DNA of 64,000 nucleotides from Candidatus Eiseniibacteriota bacterium (GTDB taxonomy: Bacteria; Eisenbacteria; RBG-16-71-46): NCBI GenBank assembly GCA_963717505.1, contig OY970342.1, positions 1,088,001 to 1,152,000 of the forward strand, read 5' to 3'. The notes below the pieces were generated by a model. That model was not told where the DNA came from and ran no database searches. It worked only from the letters and a program-made list of their open reading frames with translations. This document shows positions 1 through 9,673 of this stretch, piece by piece (position 1 is the first letter of the stretch; the number at the start of each line of letters is the position of its first letter). The position numbers and the translations under genes are program-made.

Positions 1-92
1 CCCTGCGGGTTGTCGCGAGAACGCGGCCTCGCCCGCCGGGGGCTAGTGCCCCTCGCGGTTCAACTCGGCGGGGCGGTCCTGACCCTCGGCGG

Positions 93-1310
93 TCACAACC
101 GGAACCAGACGCGCTTGGCGCTCTCGCGGGCGCGCGCCGCGACCTCGCGTTCGTCGACCGTGACCAGAATGCCGTTGTCCATCACGATCTCGCCGGCGAC
201 CAGCACGCTCGACACCGGTGCGCGCAGCAGCCCGGCCCAGATGTGCTCGGGCAGCGTGCGCGCCGTGAACTCGGTCGAGGGGCGATAGTCGACCAGGATC
301 AAGTCCGCGGGCGCTCCCGGGGTGATCGTACCGAGACCGACGCCGAAGAAACGCGAAGCCCAGCGCGGTCCGTTCACGAACAGTCGGTGGTAGTGCGCAT
401 CGGAACGCGCGCCGAGCGCCCAGCCGTGCAGGATGTCGGGCAGCGGCGGCGCGTTGACCGAAGCGTCGCTGCCCCATCCGACTTCAGCCTCGCGCACCAG
501 TGCGGCGACTGAACCGAAGCCCACGGCACTCAACAGATCGCCGCGCTCGCGGGCGGCGCTGACCAATCCGCGCGGCGCGACCTCGGCATGGGCCCACAAC
601 GCCGTCGGCATCGACTCGCCGGTGCTGCCCAATCGCCCCGAGCGCTCGGCTGGGGTCAGGTCGAGCGCGAGATCCACGTGCATCGGCAGGTCGCCGCCGG
701 CGACGTCGAGCGCGTCCGCGACCATGTCGTGAACTCCACCGAGCGTCGTCGGCTGCACGCCGAGCATGGCGCGCAGCCGGCCGTCCTGGCGGCGACCGAC
801 TTCGGCGCCGAAGCCGCCGGATTCGCGGGCATGGAGCCGGCGCTCGCCTGGTGGATCCGCTTCCGAGACGCCGTAGCAGGTCGCGACGCGCACACCGACG
901 CTCGAGGCTGCCGCCGCGACCTCGTGGAGCGACACGTCGACGCCGGCGCCCGAACGGTGGAAGTCGCAAACGCTGGTGACCCCGTGGCGCACGCCCTCGA
1001 CCAGTGCCGCGGCCACCGCGCAGTAGACGTCGTCGGGCGCCAGTGCGTCTTCATAGGCCTTCCACTCCTGCGGCGTCCGCAGCGGCAGCCCGCGCGCCAG
1101 ATGTCGCGCCAGATGCGCGTGCGTGTTGACGAACCCGGGCATGAGCACGCGGTGGCGTGCCGGCCACAGCATGTCGTCGGGGTAGGCGCGGGCAATCGCC
1201 CCCGCCGGCCCGACGTGCGAGATGTGGGCGCCGAGCACGCGCACGGCGGCGTCCTCGAGCACGGCCGGGTGCTCGCCGCCGGTGACCACCGTGCAGGGAC
1301 CGATGATCAC
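93..1310 (-). CDS. Amidohydrolase family protein (SsnA/MtaD-like)
   Basis: MPGFVNTHAH metal motif and C-terminal GAPADLILVD; GTG start at 1310 overlaps the upstream gene's TGA (GTGA). Confidence 0.8.
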   Translation of the reverse strand: MIIGPCTVVTGGEHPAVLEDAAVRVLGAHISHVGPAGAIARAYPDDMLWPARHRVLMPGFVNTHAHLARHLARGLPLRTPQEWKAYEDALAPDDVYCAVAAALVEGVRHGVTSVCDFHRSGAGVDVSLHEVAAAASSVGVRVATCYGVSEADPPGERRLHARESGGFGAEVGRRQDGRLRAMLGVQPTTLGGVHDMVADALDVAGGDLPMHVDLALDLTPAERSGRLGSTGESMPTALWAHAEVAPRGLVSAARERGDLLSAVGFGSVAALVREAEVGWGSDASVNAPPLPDILHGWALGARSDAHYHRLFVNGPRWASRFFGVGLGTITPGAPADLILVDYRPSTEFTARTLPEHIWAGLLRAPVSSVLVAGEIVMDNGILVTVDEREVAARARESAKRVWFRL

Positions 1311-2677
1311 GCGGCTTCGGCGCGGCGCATCAACCCGCGCGCCTCCATGCGGGCGTCGGCAACCACCCGGCCCGGGTCGAGCGTGGTCCATGCGCCGTCG
1401 CGATAGAGCACGCGCCCCGCAACCATGGTCAGGCGCACATCGCTCGGCCGCGAGGCCTCGGCCAGGGCCACGTAGGGGTCGTGCTCGGCCCAGGGCGCGA
1501 CGTGCGCGCCGGTCGCGTCGATCACGATCAGGTCGGCTTGTTTGCCGGCTTCGATCGACCCGATGTCGTCGGACCAGCCGAGTGCGGCCGCGCCGTCGCA
1601 GGTCGCGAGCGCCACCAGGTCGCGGGCGGCCAGTGGATCGGCCGCGTCCACCACCCGCGAGATTCCCGACGCCAGGCTCATCTCGTGGAAGGTGTCGAGC
1701 CGGTTGTTGCACGCGGCGCCGTCGGAGCCGATTCCGCAACGAATTCCCGCTCGGCGCCACGCGCGAACCCGCGCGAGCCCCGAACCCAGCTTGAGATTGG
1801 AACCCGGGCAATGCACCAGCGCCGCGTCGGCGCTGCGCACCGATCGGCATTCCTGGTCGTCGAGCCAGACCCCGTGCGCGGCGACGAACCGCGGTCCGAG
1901 CATGCCGCGCGCATCGAAGTAGCGCGCTGCGGTCGAACCGACCGCCGCCTCGACCGCCCGCCCCTCGCCCGGGCTTTCGGCCAGATGGGTGTGGACGATG
2001 AGCCGCTCACGCTCGGAGGCGGCGCGCACGCCCTGCCACAGCTCGTCGCTGCACGAGAGAATGAAGCGCGGCGCGAGCGACACGCGCAGGCGGTCTCCGG
2101 CGGCGCGATGAAACCGGCGCACCAGCGCGAGCCCATCGTCGAGCGCTCGGGCAGTAGGCTCCACGAAATCCCGGGGTGCGCCTTCGCCGCGGTCCATCAG
2201 AGCCTTTCCGAACACCGCCCGCAGTCCGCACTCCTCGAGCACCATGCCCGTCGCCTCGGTGTGGCGCACGGTTCCCATGTCGTTCACGCAGGTCACGCCG
2301 CCGGCGATCAGCTCGAGCGCTCCCAGGCGGGCCGAGGCCGCGATCGAGGACTCGGTGTGCGCGGCCTCGAACGGCCAGATCGCCTCGCGCAGCCAGCGCA
2401 GGAGATCCGTGTGCTCGGCGCGTGCGCGGAACAGCGTCTGGCACAGGTGCACGTGGCCCTGGACGAATCCGGGAAGCACGAAACAGCCCCCCGCGTCGAC
2501 GACGGTGTCGGCGCGGCCGCCGGGCAGGCCGGCGAGTCGTGCGGCGGTGTCGGCGCCGACCGCGGCGATGCGCGTGTCCTCGACCAGAACGTCCCCGACC
2601 GCGAGCGTCGCGGCGGCGTCCATGCACACGAGGGTGCCGGACCGAATCAACGTGGTGCTCAGAGTGCCTCCCTGCAC
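1307..2677 (-). CDS. Amidohydrolase, 5'-deoxyadenosine/MTA/SAH deaminase-like
   Basis: LPGFVQGHVH, HTHLAE, AAHGVW, HCPGSNLKLGSG, GSDG, GSIEAGKQADL motifs; start uncertain. Confidence 0.85.
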   Translation of the reverse strand: MQGGTLSTTLIRSGTLVCMDAAATLAVGDVLVEDTRIAAVGADTAARLAGLPGGRADTVVDAGGCFVLPGFVQGHVHLCQTLFRARAEHTDLLRWLREAIWPFEAAHTESSIAASARLGALELIAGGVTCVNDMGTVRHTEATGMVLEECGLRAVFGKALMDRGEGAPRDFVEPTARALDDGLALVRRFHRAAGDRLRVSLAPRFILSCSDELWQGVRAASERERLIVHTHLAESPGEGRAVEAAVGSTAARYFDARGMLGPRFVAAHGVWLDDQECRSVRSADAALVHCPGSNLKLGSGLARVRAWRRAGIRCGIGSDGAACNNRLDTFHEMSLASGISRVVDAADPLAARDLVALATCDGAAALGWSDDIGSIEAGKQADLIVIDATGAHVAPWAEHDPYVALAEASRPSDVRLTMVAGRVLYRDGAWTTLDPGRVVADARMEARGLMRRAEAA

Positions 2678-2753
2678 GCGGAGCGCGGCGTCCCTGCCGC
2701 ATGCCGACCGAAGTTACGCCGAGGTGATCCGGGGTACAACCTCGCCTCGCCGA

Positions 2754-2782
2754 TTGACCGTCCCGGGGCGCGCTCCTACCCT
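2754..2782 (+). promoter_or_regulatory. sigma70-type promoter of pabB (probably leaderless)
   Basis: TTGACC-N17-TACCCT with GTG start 6 nt downstream. Confidence 0.55.
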
Positions 2783-2788
2783 TTCCAC

Positions 2789-4219
2789 GTGTATTCCGAT
2801 CGCGCCCGACTCCTGACGCTCGACGTCGAGGTCCAAAGCCCGCTCGCGGCTTTTTCGGCGATGGGCGACCTGGCCCATCCTTTCCTCCTTCATTCCGCGC
2901 TCCCCGACCCGCGGTCGCGCTGGTCCTTCTTCGGCGCCGATCCCTTCGTGGTGTTCCGCGGCGGAGATTTCGCGGACGTTCGCACATCCTGGGAGCGCAT
3001 GGCGGCGCGCGTGGGCGCGACCGACGGGGATGGCGACGAAGACGCTCCACCCTTCCGCGGCGGCCTGGTCGGATACTGGAGCTACGACTTCGGGCGTCGG
3101 CTCGAGCGGTTGCCGTCGATCGCGCGGGACGACCTGGGGCTTCCGGATTTCGTGCTCGGCGGCTACGACGTGGTCGGGGCTCACGACCATGTCACCGGTC
3201 GCACGCGGTTGTTCTCCTCGGGGCTGCCCCATGGTCGTGCGCATGCCCGGGAACGGCTGGCGTCGTTCGCTGAACGACTGCGTGCGGCTCGCGAACCCAG
3301 GCTCGAATGGAACCCTTCCCCCACCGGAACCCCCGCATTCCATTCGACGTTTACTCCCGACGAGTACCGTCGTGCGGTCGAACAGGTCCGCGACCACATC
3401 CGGCGCGGCGACATCTTCCAGGCCAACCTGTCGCAGCGTTGGAGCTTCGAGCGTTCTCCCGTGCTCGACCTGGGTTTCAGCAGCCTGGTTCAGCAGATCG
3501 CCTTCGTGTCCGAGGAGTTCACTCCCGCTCCATTCGCCGCCTACCTCGATCTCGGCGACCACGCGATCGTTTCCGCGAGCCCGGAGCGTTTCTTCCAGGT
3601 CCGTGGCCGACGCGTGGAAGCCCGTCCGATCAAAGGCACGCGTCCGCGCGGGGGCACGCCGGCGGAGGACGCAGCCCTCTCGGCCGCGCTCCTGGCCAGC
3701 ACCAAGGATCGCGCGGAAAACGTGATGATCGTCGATGTGCTGCGCAACGACCTCGGCCGAGTATGCGAGACGGGTTCGGTGATCGTGCCCGAGCTTTGCG
3801 CGCTCGAGAGCTTCCCGCAGGTTCATCACTTGACGTCGACGATCACCGGTCGGCTGCGACCGGGTTTCGGCGCCTTCGACCTGTTCACCGCTGCGTTCCC
3901 CGGTGGCTCGATCACGGGTGCGCCGAAGATCCGCGCGATGGAAGTGATCGAGTCGATCGAGCCGGTGCGCCGCCATGTGTACACCGGGGCGATCGGCTAC
4001 GTGGACTGGAGTGGCGATGCCGATTGGAGCATCGCGATCCGCACGGCACTCCTGACACCCGATGCCATTCACTTCGCCGCTGGGGGCGGCATCACCGCCG
4101 ACTCGGATCCCGACGCCGAGTTCGAGGAAACGCTGCACAAGGCCGAGGGTGTTCGGGCCGCGTTGTCGGCCGCGCTTGGACCGGTCGAGTTGGTCTCGGA
4201 CGGAGTCGCTGCGCGTTGA
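2789..4219 (+). CDS. pabB: Aminodeoxychorismate synthase component I
   Basis: GGLVGYWSYD, GDIFQANLS, SPERFF, PIKGTRPR, AENVMIVDVLRNDLG, FPGGSITGAPK motifs; PIKGT is PabB-type; start inferred. Confidence 0.85.
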   Translation: MYSDRARLLTLDVEVQSPLAAFSAMGDLAHPFLLHSALPDPRSRWSFFGADPFVVFRGGDFADVRTSWERMAARVGATDGDGDEDAPPFRGGLVGYWSYDFGRRLERLPSIARDDLGLPDFVLGGYDVVGAHDHVTGRTRLFSSGLPHGRAHARERLASFAERLRAAREPRLEWNPSPTGTPAFHSTFTPDEYRRAVEQVRDHIRRGDIFQANLSQRWSFERSPVLDLGFSSLVQQIAFVSEEFTPAPFAAYLDLGDHAIVSASPERFFQVRGRRVEARPIKGTRPRGGTPAEDAALSAALLASTKDRAENVMIVDVLRNDLGRVCETGSVIVPELCALESFPQVHHLTSTITGRLRPGFGAFDLFTAAFPGGSITGAPKIRAMEVIESIEPVRRHVYTGAIGYVDWSGDADWSIAIRTALLTPDAIHFAAGGGITADSDPDAEFEETLHKAEGVRAALSAALGPVELVSDGVAAR

Positions 4220-5061
4220 CCGCCCCCGACCGCGCGCTGTGGATCAACGGACGCATCGCGCGCGGATCCGATGCCGTCCTCTCGCTGAGCGACCGGGGTG
4301 CGCGCGACGGTGAAGGCCTGTTCGAGACCCTGCGGGTCGAAGCCGGGCGCCCGCAGCATTGGCGCCACCATCTCGAGCGCCTGGTGGTCTCGGCGGCCGA
4401 ACTCGGCTTTCCCGTGCCGCCGTCACCGACTGAGCTGGCCACGGCGCTCGAAGCGGTGCTCGCCGCCAACGGCCTCGTCGATGCCGCAGCTCGGATCACG
4501 GTGACCCGCGGCACTCCCGGCGGGCGGCCGACCCGCACCGGTTGCTGGATCGAGGCGGAACCGCTCGCGGCCCGATTGTGGCGCGGCAGCCGAACGGGAC
4601 AGGCCAGTGCGGTGTTCTCGCGCCAGCCGTTCACGCCGGGCGCGCTCGCGCGCCACAAGACCACGAGCCGGCTCGCCTATCAGCTCGCGCGCGAGGAAGC
4701 CCGCGCGGCCGGCGCCGACGAGACCTTGCTCGCCGATGTCGTGGGGCACGCCCTCGAAGGCTCGACCAGCAACGTTTTCGTGGTGGTCGGTGGCGAGGTC
4801 GTCACGCCGCCGGTCGCGATGGGCATCCTGCCCGGAATCGTTCGTGCACACGTGCTCGATCTCTGTATTCGCCTGGGGATTCCCACCCGCGAACGCGCCA
4901 TTCTCCGCGCGGAGTTCTCCGCGGCGGACGAGGTGTTCCTGACCAATTCGATCCAGCAGATCGTTCCTCTGGTCGCAGTGGACGGCGTTGCCGTGCCCAG
5001 TCGAACGCTGGGGGCCCGGCTGCGCGAGATCTACCGAGAACACGGAGTTCGAAGCGCTTGA
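4216..5061 (+). CDS. pabC: Aminotransferase class IV / 4-amino-4-deoxychorismate lyase
   Basis: GEGLFETL, HLERL, HKTT, EGSTSNVF, ILPGIVR, DEVFLTNS; TTG start overlaps pabB stop. Confidence 0.8.
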   Translation: MTAPDRALWINGRIARGSDAVLSLSDRGARDGEGLFETLRVEAGRPQHWRHHLERLVVSAAELGFPVPPSPTELATALEAVLAANGLVDAAARITVTRGTPGGRPTRTGCWIEAEPLAARLWRGSRTGQASAVFSRQPFTPGALARHKTTSRLAYQLAREEARAAGADETLLADVVGHALEGSTSNVFVVVGGEVVTPPVAMGILPGIVRAHVLDLCIRLGIPTRERAILRAEFSAADEVFLTNSIQQIVPLVAVDGVAVPSRTLGARLREIYREHGVRSA

Positions 5062-5123
5062 GCGCAATCCGCGTCTTCTCCCTGCCCGTCGACCCCGATC
5101 CGGCCGATGCCAGAGCAGAAGGA

Positions 5124-5139
5124 CGGCACGGGTTCTGCA
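5124..5139 (+). promoter_or_regulatory. Candidate sigma54 -24/-12 promoter
   Basis: CGGCAC-N5-CTGCA (GG-N10-GC) ~60 nt upstream of ATG 5201. Confidence 0.4.
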
Positions 5140-5200
5140 TTGCATGCATCGTAAGGACAGGGTATTGGCGGCGCCGCGAAGCCTCTCGGAGCGACCGGAC

Positions 5201-6670
5201 ATGAGCACCTTCAAGGCACCTCGCGACGAATACGATCCGGATCGGGACGGCGACCGCGTCGACTCGACGGTACGCACCGGCCGGCTGGACGTCCTGGTGC
5301 CGCACCTGATTCGTGGTCAGCTCCTGCGTCCCGGCTTCGTCCGCATGAGCCTGGCACTCGGCGCCGCGCGTCAGATGCCGGCGTGGGCCAAGCTGCAGTT
5401 CACCAATGCCGGCGTCGACCCGGCCGACCTCGAACGGGTCCTCGGACGGATCACGAGTCTCGAGGCCTGGGCGGACGAGTGGGAGCGCATGGCGCAGGAG
5501 CACCACCGGATCGGGCAGCAGGAGCTCGAACAGGGCCGGCGTTCCGAGGCGGCGGCGCAATTCCTGCGCGCATCGGCCGCCTACAACTTTTCGCAGTACG
5601 TGATCTTCATGGACATCAATCGCAAGCGCGTGTTGCACGAGGCGTGCGTGCGCAGCTACACGGCCGCGGCCCCGCTGTTCGACCCGCCGGCCGAGCGCAT
5701 CGAGATCCTGTTCCGCCGCCGCCCGATGATCGGCTGGTTCCGGCGACCACGCAGCCCCGCGCGCACGACCCCGGTCGCGGTGATGTTCAACGGCACGAAT
5801 GCGGTCAAGGAAGAACTCCACTGGTGGTCGGAGGCCATGCTCGAGCGCGGCATCGCGACCATCGCGTTCGACGGTCCGGGCATGGGCCAGACATTCCACC
5901 GCTTGTCCATGGTCGCCGAGCCGCGGCCGATCGGCGTCGCGATCCTCAACTACATCGAGGCGCGCCCGGAGCTGAACCCGGGGGCGGTGGCGTTCATGGG
6001 CATGAGCCTCGGCGGCTACTGCGCGATCCGCATGGCGTCGCACGATCCGAGGATCCGCGCGGTCGCAGCGGTCAGTCCGCCGTTTTCGGCCGACGTCTAT
6101 TGGCGCGTGACGCTGGCCGGAATGCGTCGCGAGCTGGCGGCGCTCTACGGAATCGACGAGGCCGAGATGGAATCGGCGATCGACCGCATCACGCTGGCGA
6201 ACGACCTGCCCAATCTCGCGTGTCCGCTGCTGGTTTCGGGCGGTGGCCAGGATCACATCACCCCCGGCACCGAGGCCTGGCGGATCTTCGAGACCGCGCG
6301 TTGCGATCGCGAGCTGATCTTCTACCCGCGCGGCGCCCACGACTGCTTCAACGTCATGTCCGATCTGCGCCCGCGCATCGTGTCGTGGATGGTGCGCCAG
6401 CTCGGGCCCGGCGTCGCCGACCGCCGCCGTTCGTCTCGCGATGGCGATGGTCCGGAGCCCGCCTGGGGCGCCGCCGATGCGGTGGATCCCGACTTCGCGG
6501 AAGCCCTGCGCGGGGACGCGCCGACTCGCCAATGGCACGAGGAGCGGGACCAGGGCGTTCCGGTCCGCTGGCAATGGCCATGGGCCCATGGCTCACCGGG
6601 TCGCGTCGAGGTCGTGCACAAGACGGCCCCGGCGCAGCGGCCGTCGTCGCCGTGGATCGTTTCGGGTTAG
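5201..6670 (+). CDS. Alpha/beta hydrolase (FrsA/dihydroxypseudooxynicotine hydrolase-like)
   Basis: FDGPGMG, nucleophile elbow GMSLGG, GGQD and GAH triad positions. Confidence 0.8.
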   Translation: MSTFKAPRDEYDPDRDGDRVDSTVRTGRLDVLVPHLIRGQLLRPGFVRMSLALGAARQMPAWAKLQFTNAGVDPADLERVLGRITSLEAWADEWERMAQEHHRIGQQELEQGRRSEAAAQFLRASAAYNFSQYVIFMDINRKRVLHEACVRSYTAAAPLFDPPAERIEILFRRRPMIGWFRRPRSPARTTPVAVMFNGTNAVKEELHWWSEAMLERGIATIAFDGPGMGQTFHRLSMVAEPRPIGVAILNYIEARPELNPGAVAFMGMSLGGYCAIRMASHDPRIRAVAAVSPPFSADVYWRVTLAGMRRELAALYGIDEAEMESAIDRITLANDLPNLACPLLVSGGGQDHITPGTEAWRIFETARCDRELIFYPRGAHDCFNVMSDLRPRIVSWMVRQLGPGVADRRRSSRDGDGPEPAWGAADAVDPDFAEALRGDAPTRQWHEERDQGVPVRWQWPWAHGSPGRVEVVHKTAPAQRPSSPWIVSG

Positions 6671-7374
6671 GCCGAGCGCTCCAGCGGTCGTTTGGCGCGG
6701 TACATCCGCCGGTCTGCTTCATCGAGCAGTTGCTGCGCCCGCGTTTGCCCGTCCCACAACACGATCCCAGCACTCAGGCTCGAACCGTGCGGCGATCGAT
6801 CGTGGAACGCGCGCGACAAGCGTGACGCCAGGGCCTCGGCCCCGGTGCGGTCGGCGGCCAGCACCATGACGAACTCGTCGCCACCGACGCGGAAGCCCGA
6901 GTCGATTCCGGTGCGCGTCTCCGAGCGCAGCACGGCGCCCAGGCAGCGCAGGGTTTCGTCGCCGGCATGGTGCCCGTGCTGGTCGTTCAGGCGCTTGAGT
7001 CCGTTCACGTCCATGTAGAGCAGCGCGATCGGCCCGGTGGTCCGCCGCGCCCGATGGAGCGCCAGACGCAGGTCGCGCTCGAACGCCCGCCGGTTGCCGA
7101 GTCCGGTCAGCGGATCGGTGAGCGACAGCGCCTCGAGCTGGTGCATGTGCCGCCGGGTCAGCCGCTGCTCGCGGCGGAGCATGTGCAGGATCCAGAGCCC
7201 GAGGAGCACGGTGATCAGGGAATCGAGCAGGCCGCGGACCGACGCGATCCCCGAGTTCGGGAACTCGCGCTCGAGCAGGTCGAGCACCCAGGGGACGGCG
7301 GCGAGCACGCCGAGCAGGGCGGCAGTGAGCAGGAAGAATCGGCGGTGCGGGGCCGGTCCGACGAACCTGCGCAT
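6667..7374 (-). CDS. Membrane-anchored GGDEF diguanylate cyclase
   Basis: Two N-terminal hydrophobic helices, TDPLTGLGNRR, FRVGGDEF. Confidence 0.9.
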   Translation of the reverse strand: MRRFVGPAPHRRFFLLTAALLGVLAAVPWVLDLLEREFPNSGIASVRGLLDSLITVLLGLWILHMLRREQRLTRRHMHQLEALSLTDPLTGLGNRRAFERDLRLALHRARRTTGPIALLYMDVNGLKRLNDQHGHHAGDETLRCLGAVLRSETRTGIDSGFRVGGDEFVMVLAADRTGAEALASRLSRAFHDRSPHGSSLSAGIVLWDGQTRAQQLLDEADRRMYRAKRPLERSA

Positions 7375-7611
7375 GAGGGGCGCCTCTCCATGGTCGTGGC
7401 CGGCGCTTCGCTTCGAACCACTGCGGAGAACCGCCGCCGCCGAGCCAGCCTACGGGGGGTCCCGGATGCGGTCAACGGACCGGCGTCGTGCGACGACCCT
7501 GCCCGAGACGCCGCGTCGCCGCGGGCGGCGGGCGGCCTCGCGCGTGCCCCGCGCGCGTGGACCTGATAACCTTTCAGGCCGTTTCCAACCGCCTCGAGGC
7601 CAGGAGTCCCC

Positions 7612-8079
7612 ATGCCCGACGTCACGTCGAAAGTTCGCGTGCGACCGCTCGACGAGCTCGACATCGGAAGCATCGTCCGGATCGACGAACGGATCACGAA
7701 GCGCCACCGTCCCGATTTCTGGGAGCAGCGCGTCATGTACTACCTGCGGCGGGACCCCGAGTCCTCGCAGGTGGCCGAGATTGACGGCAAGGTGGTCGGG
7801 TTCATGCTGGGTGACGTCCGGGGCGGGGAGTTCGGGATCGAAGAGCCGAGCGGCTGGATCGAGCGCTTCGGCATCGACCCCGACCACCGCGGACGCGACC
7901 TGGGCCGGCAGATGTACGACGCGATCGTCCGCCACTTTCGCGAGGCCGGCATCACCGTGGTTCGCACGATGGTCGATCAGAAAGACGAAGCGGTCGCAGG
8001 ATTCTTGAAGGCCATGGGGTTCGCATCCTCGCCACTCCAGGCGCTCGAGATGCGCGTAGGCCGGGATGGAGCAGCCTGA
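7612..8079 (+). CDS. GNAT-family N-acetyltransferase
   Basis: VAEIDGKVVGF, GIDPDHRGRDLG acetyl-CoA motif, FLKAMGF; AGGAG RBS. Confidence 0.85.
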   Translation: MPDVTSKVRVRPLDELDIGSIVRIDERITKRHRPDFWEQRVMYYLRRDPESSQVAEIDGKVVGFMLGDVRGGEFGIEEPSGWIERFGIDPDHRGRDLGRQMYDAIVRHFREAGITVVRTMVDQKDEAVAGFLKAMGFASSPLQALEMRVGRDGAA

Positions 8080-9416
8080 TGAAGGTCGAGACCGTCACCC
8101 TCGAAAAGAAGTACCACGACGCGGTCGAGCATTGGCGGCGCCACTGGATGCCGGACTACGACTCGCTGCTCGCCAACTGGGACAAGTACTTCCCCAAGGA
8201 TGAGCCGTTTTGCCTGTGCGCCAAGATGGAGGTCGGCACCTCCGACGTCGTCCAGATCGGCGAACACCAGGGCGAGAAGAAGCGGCTGCAGCCGGACCAG
8301 CTGACCGAGGACGAGGCCAAGCACCTGCTCGCGATCATTCGCGCCCAGGCCTCGACCGAGTTCGGCTCGATCCAGCAGCACGCCGGCACGCTCCATCGCG
8401 CCGACAACGAAGAGGACCGCCACTGGGTGATGCGGGTGATGGCCGAGGAGCTGCGCCACGGCTATCAGATGTTCCACCTCCTGCTGTCCAACGACTGGAC
8501 CCACGTGTCGGGCGGGGTCAAGGGCCGTGACATGGTCGAGGAGATCCTGTCGATGCAGACCGGATCGCACGTGCTCGACGCCTTCAACCTCGAGTACGAC
8601 TCGTTCATCGACAACATCTGTTTTGCCGCGGTCATCGACCGGGTCGGCAAGTACCAGCTCACCATGCAGAAGGTGTGCGCGTACAAGCCGATGGCCGACT
8701 CGATGCCGCCGATGCTGCGCGAAGAGGCGTTCCACCTCGCGGCCGGGGTCATCCCGCTGCGCCGTTGGGCCCAGCGCGCGGCGGCGGGTGATCCGTTGGT
8801 CACCATGCAGGTCATTCAGCGGTCGTTCAACAAGTGGTTCCCGCGCGGCCTCGAGATGTTCGGCGACGAGCGCGGCGGCGACACCAACGTCAAGTACGGC
8901 TTCAAGGACATGAAGAATCGCGAAGCGCAGGACATGTACATCGAGGAAGTGAAACGCATGGCGCGCGACATCAACGCGCGCTTCCTGCGCGCGCGCTTCC
9001 CGGACTACACGCTCGAGCGCATCGATCAGGTGCTGGACGAGCTCGAGCGATCGCGTGACTCGCATCGCGGCGTATCGTTCGACGAGCTGCTGCGCGTGCC
9101 CGACCGGCGCTTCTTCCGCCGGAAGGGCGAGCCGGCGTTCACCATGATCGGGGTCGAGGGCGAAACGTTCGACGACGTCGATACCTACCTCAGGTATCTG
9201 ACGAAGCACTTGTCCGAGGCCTACCTGACCACGCGAGACATGCGTGGCTACGCCGACATGCTGCGCAAGGTGGCGGCCGGCGAAGTGACGCGCGAGGACG
9301 CGGTCAAGCGCATGCCGCGGCTCAAGCGGGTCGGGGGCAATTGTCCGTGCTCGCGCGCCGTGCGCTGGGTCATGGACGACGCGGCCGCTCCCGCGCCCGC
9401 AACCAACGGACACTGA
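8079..9416 (+). CDS. Ferritin-like di-iron protein, BoxB/PaaA aryl-CoA epoxidase family
   Basis: STEFGSIQQ, AEELRH, IDRVGKYQL, REEAFH di-iron motifs; coupled to the GNAT by TGATG. Confidence 0.75.
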   Translation: MKVETVTLEKKYHDAVEHWRRHWMPDYDSLLANWDKYFPKDEPFCLCAKMEVGTSDVVQIGEHQGEKKRLQPDQLTEDEAKHLLAIIRAQASTEFGSIQQHAGTLHRADNEEDRHWVMRVMAEELRHGYQMFHLLLSNDWTHVSGGVKGRDMVEEILSMQTGSHVLDAFNLEYDSFIDNICFAAVIDRVGKYQLTMQKVCAYKPMADSMPPMLREEAFHLAAGVIPLRRWAQRAAAGDPLVTMQVIQRSFNKWFPRGLEMFGDERGGDTNVKYGFKDMKNREAQDMYIEEVKRMARDINARFLRARFPDYTLERIDQVLDELERSRDSHRGVSFDELLRVPDRRFFRRKGEPAFTMIGVEGETFDDVDTYLRYLTKHLSEAYLTTRDMRGYADMLRKVAAGEVTREDAVKRMPRLKRVGGNCPCSRAVRWVMDDAAAPAPATNGH

Positions 9417-9534
9417 TCCAACAACTTTTTCTCCCCACGAATTCGCGATCGGCGTCTGTTAGGAGTTTCCCCTCCTTGATCGTCGTTCGCTCCTTGCTGA
9501 CGATCTCCTCCGCGCTCGCCGGTTCTTGTTGATC

Positions 9535-9561
9535 CCCTGACCATTCCCTGAGCGTTCCCTG
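9535..9561 (+). promoter_or_regulatory. Three CCCTG direct repeats at 11-bp spacing (candidate regulator box)
   Basis: CCCTG at 9535, 9546 and 9557, upstream of the beta-barrel gene. Confidence 0.35.
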
Positions 9562-9673
9562 TAGAACTCGCGGCCGCCCCTGCATCTCAAGCCGCCGTTG
9601 CCCCCCGTACGTCTCGCTCCCCCGGAATGCCCGGCGGGTCGTGCGTCGGGAAACGTCGCATGGAGGTCGATTC

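Noticed and set aside
1481-2788. N-terminal half of the 912-aa ORF suggesting a PabB fusion
   Set aside because: It is the antisense shadow of the amidohydrolase; a promoter and GTG at 2789 explain the real start
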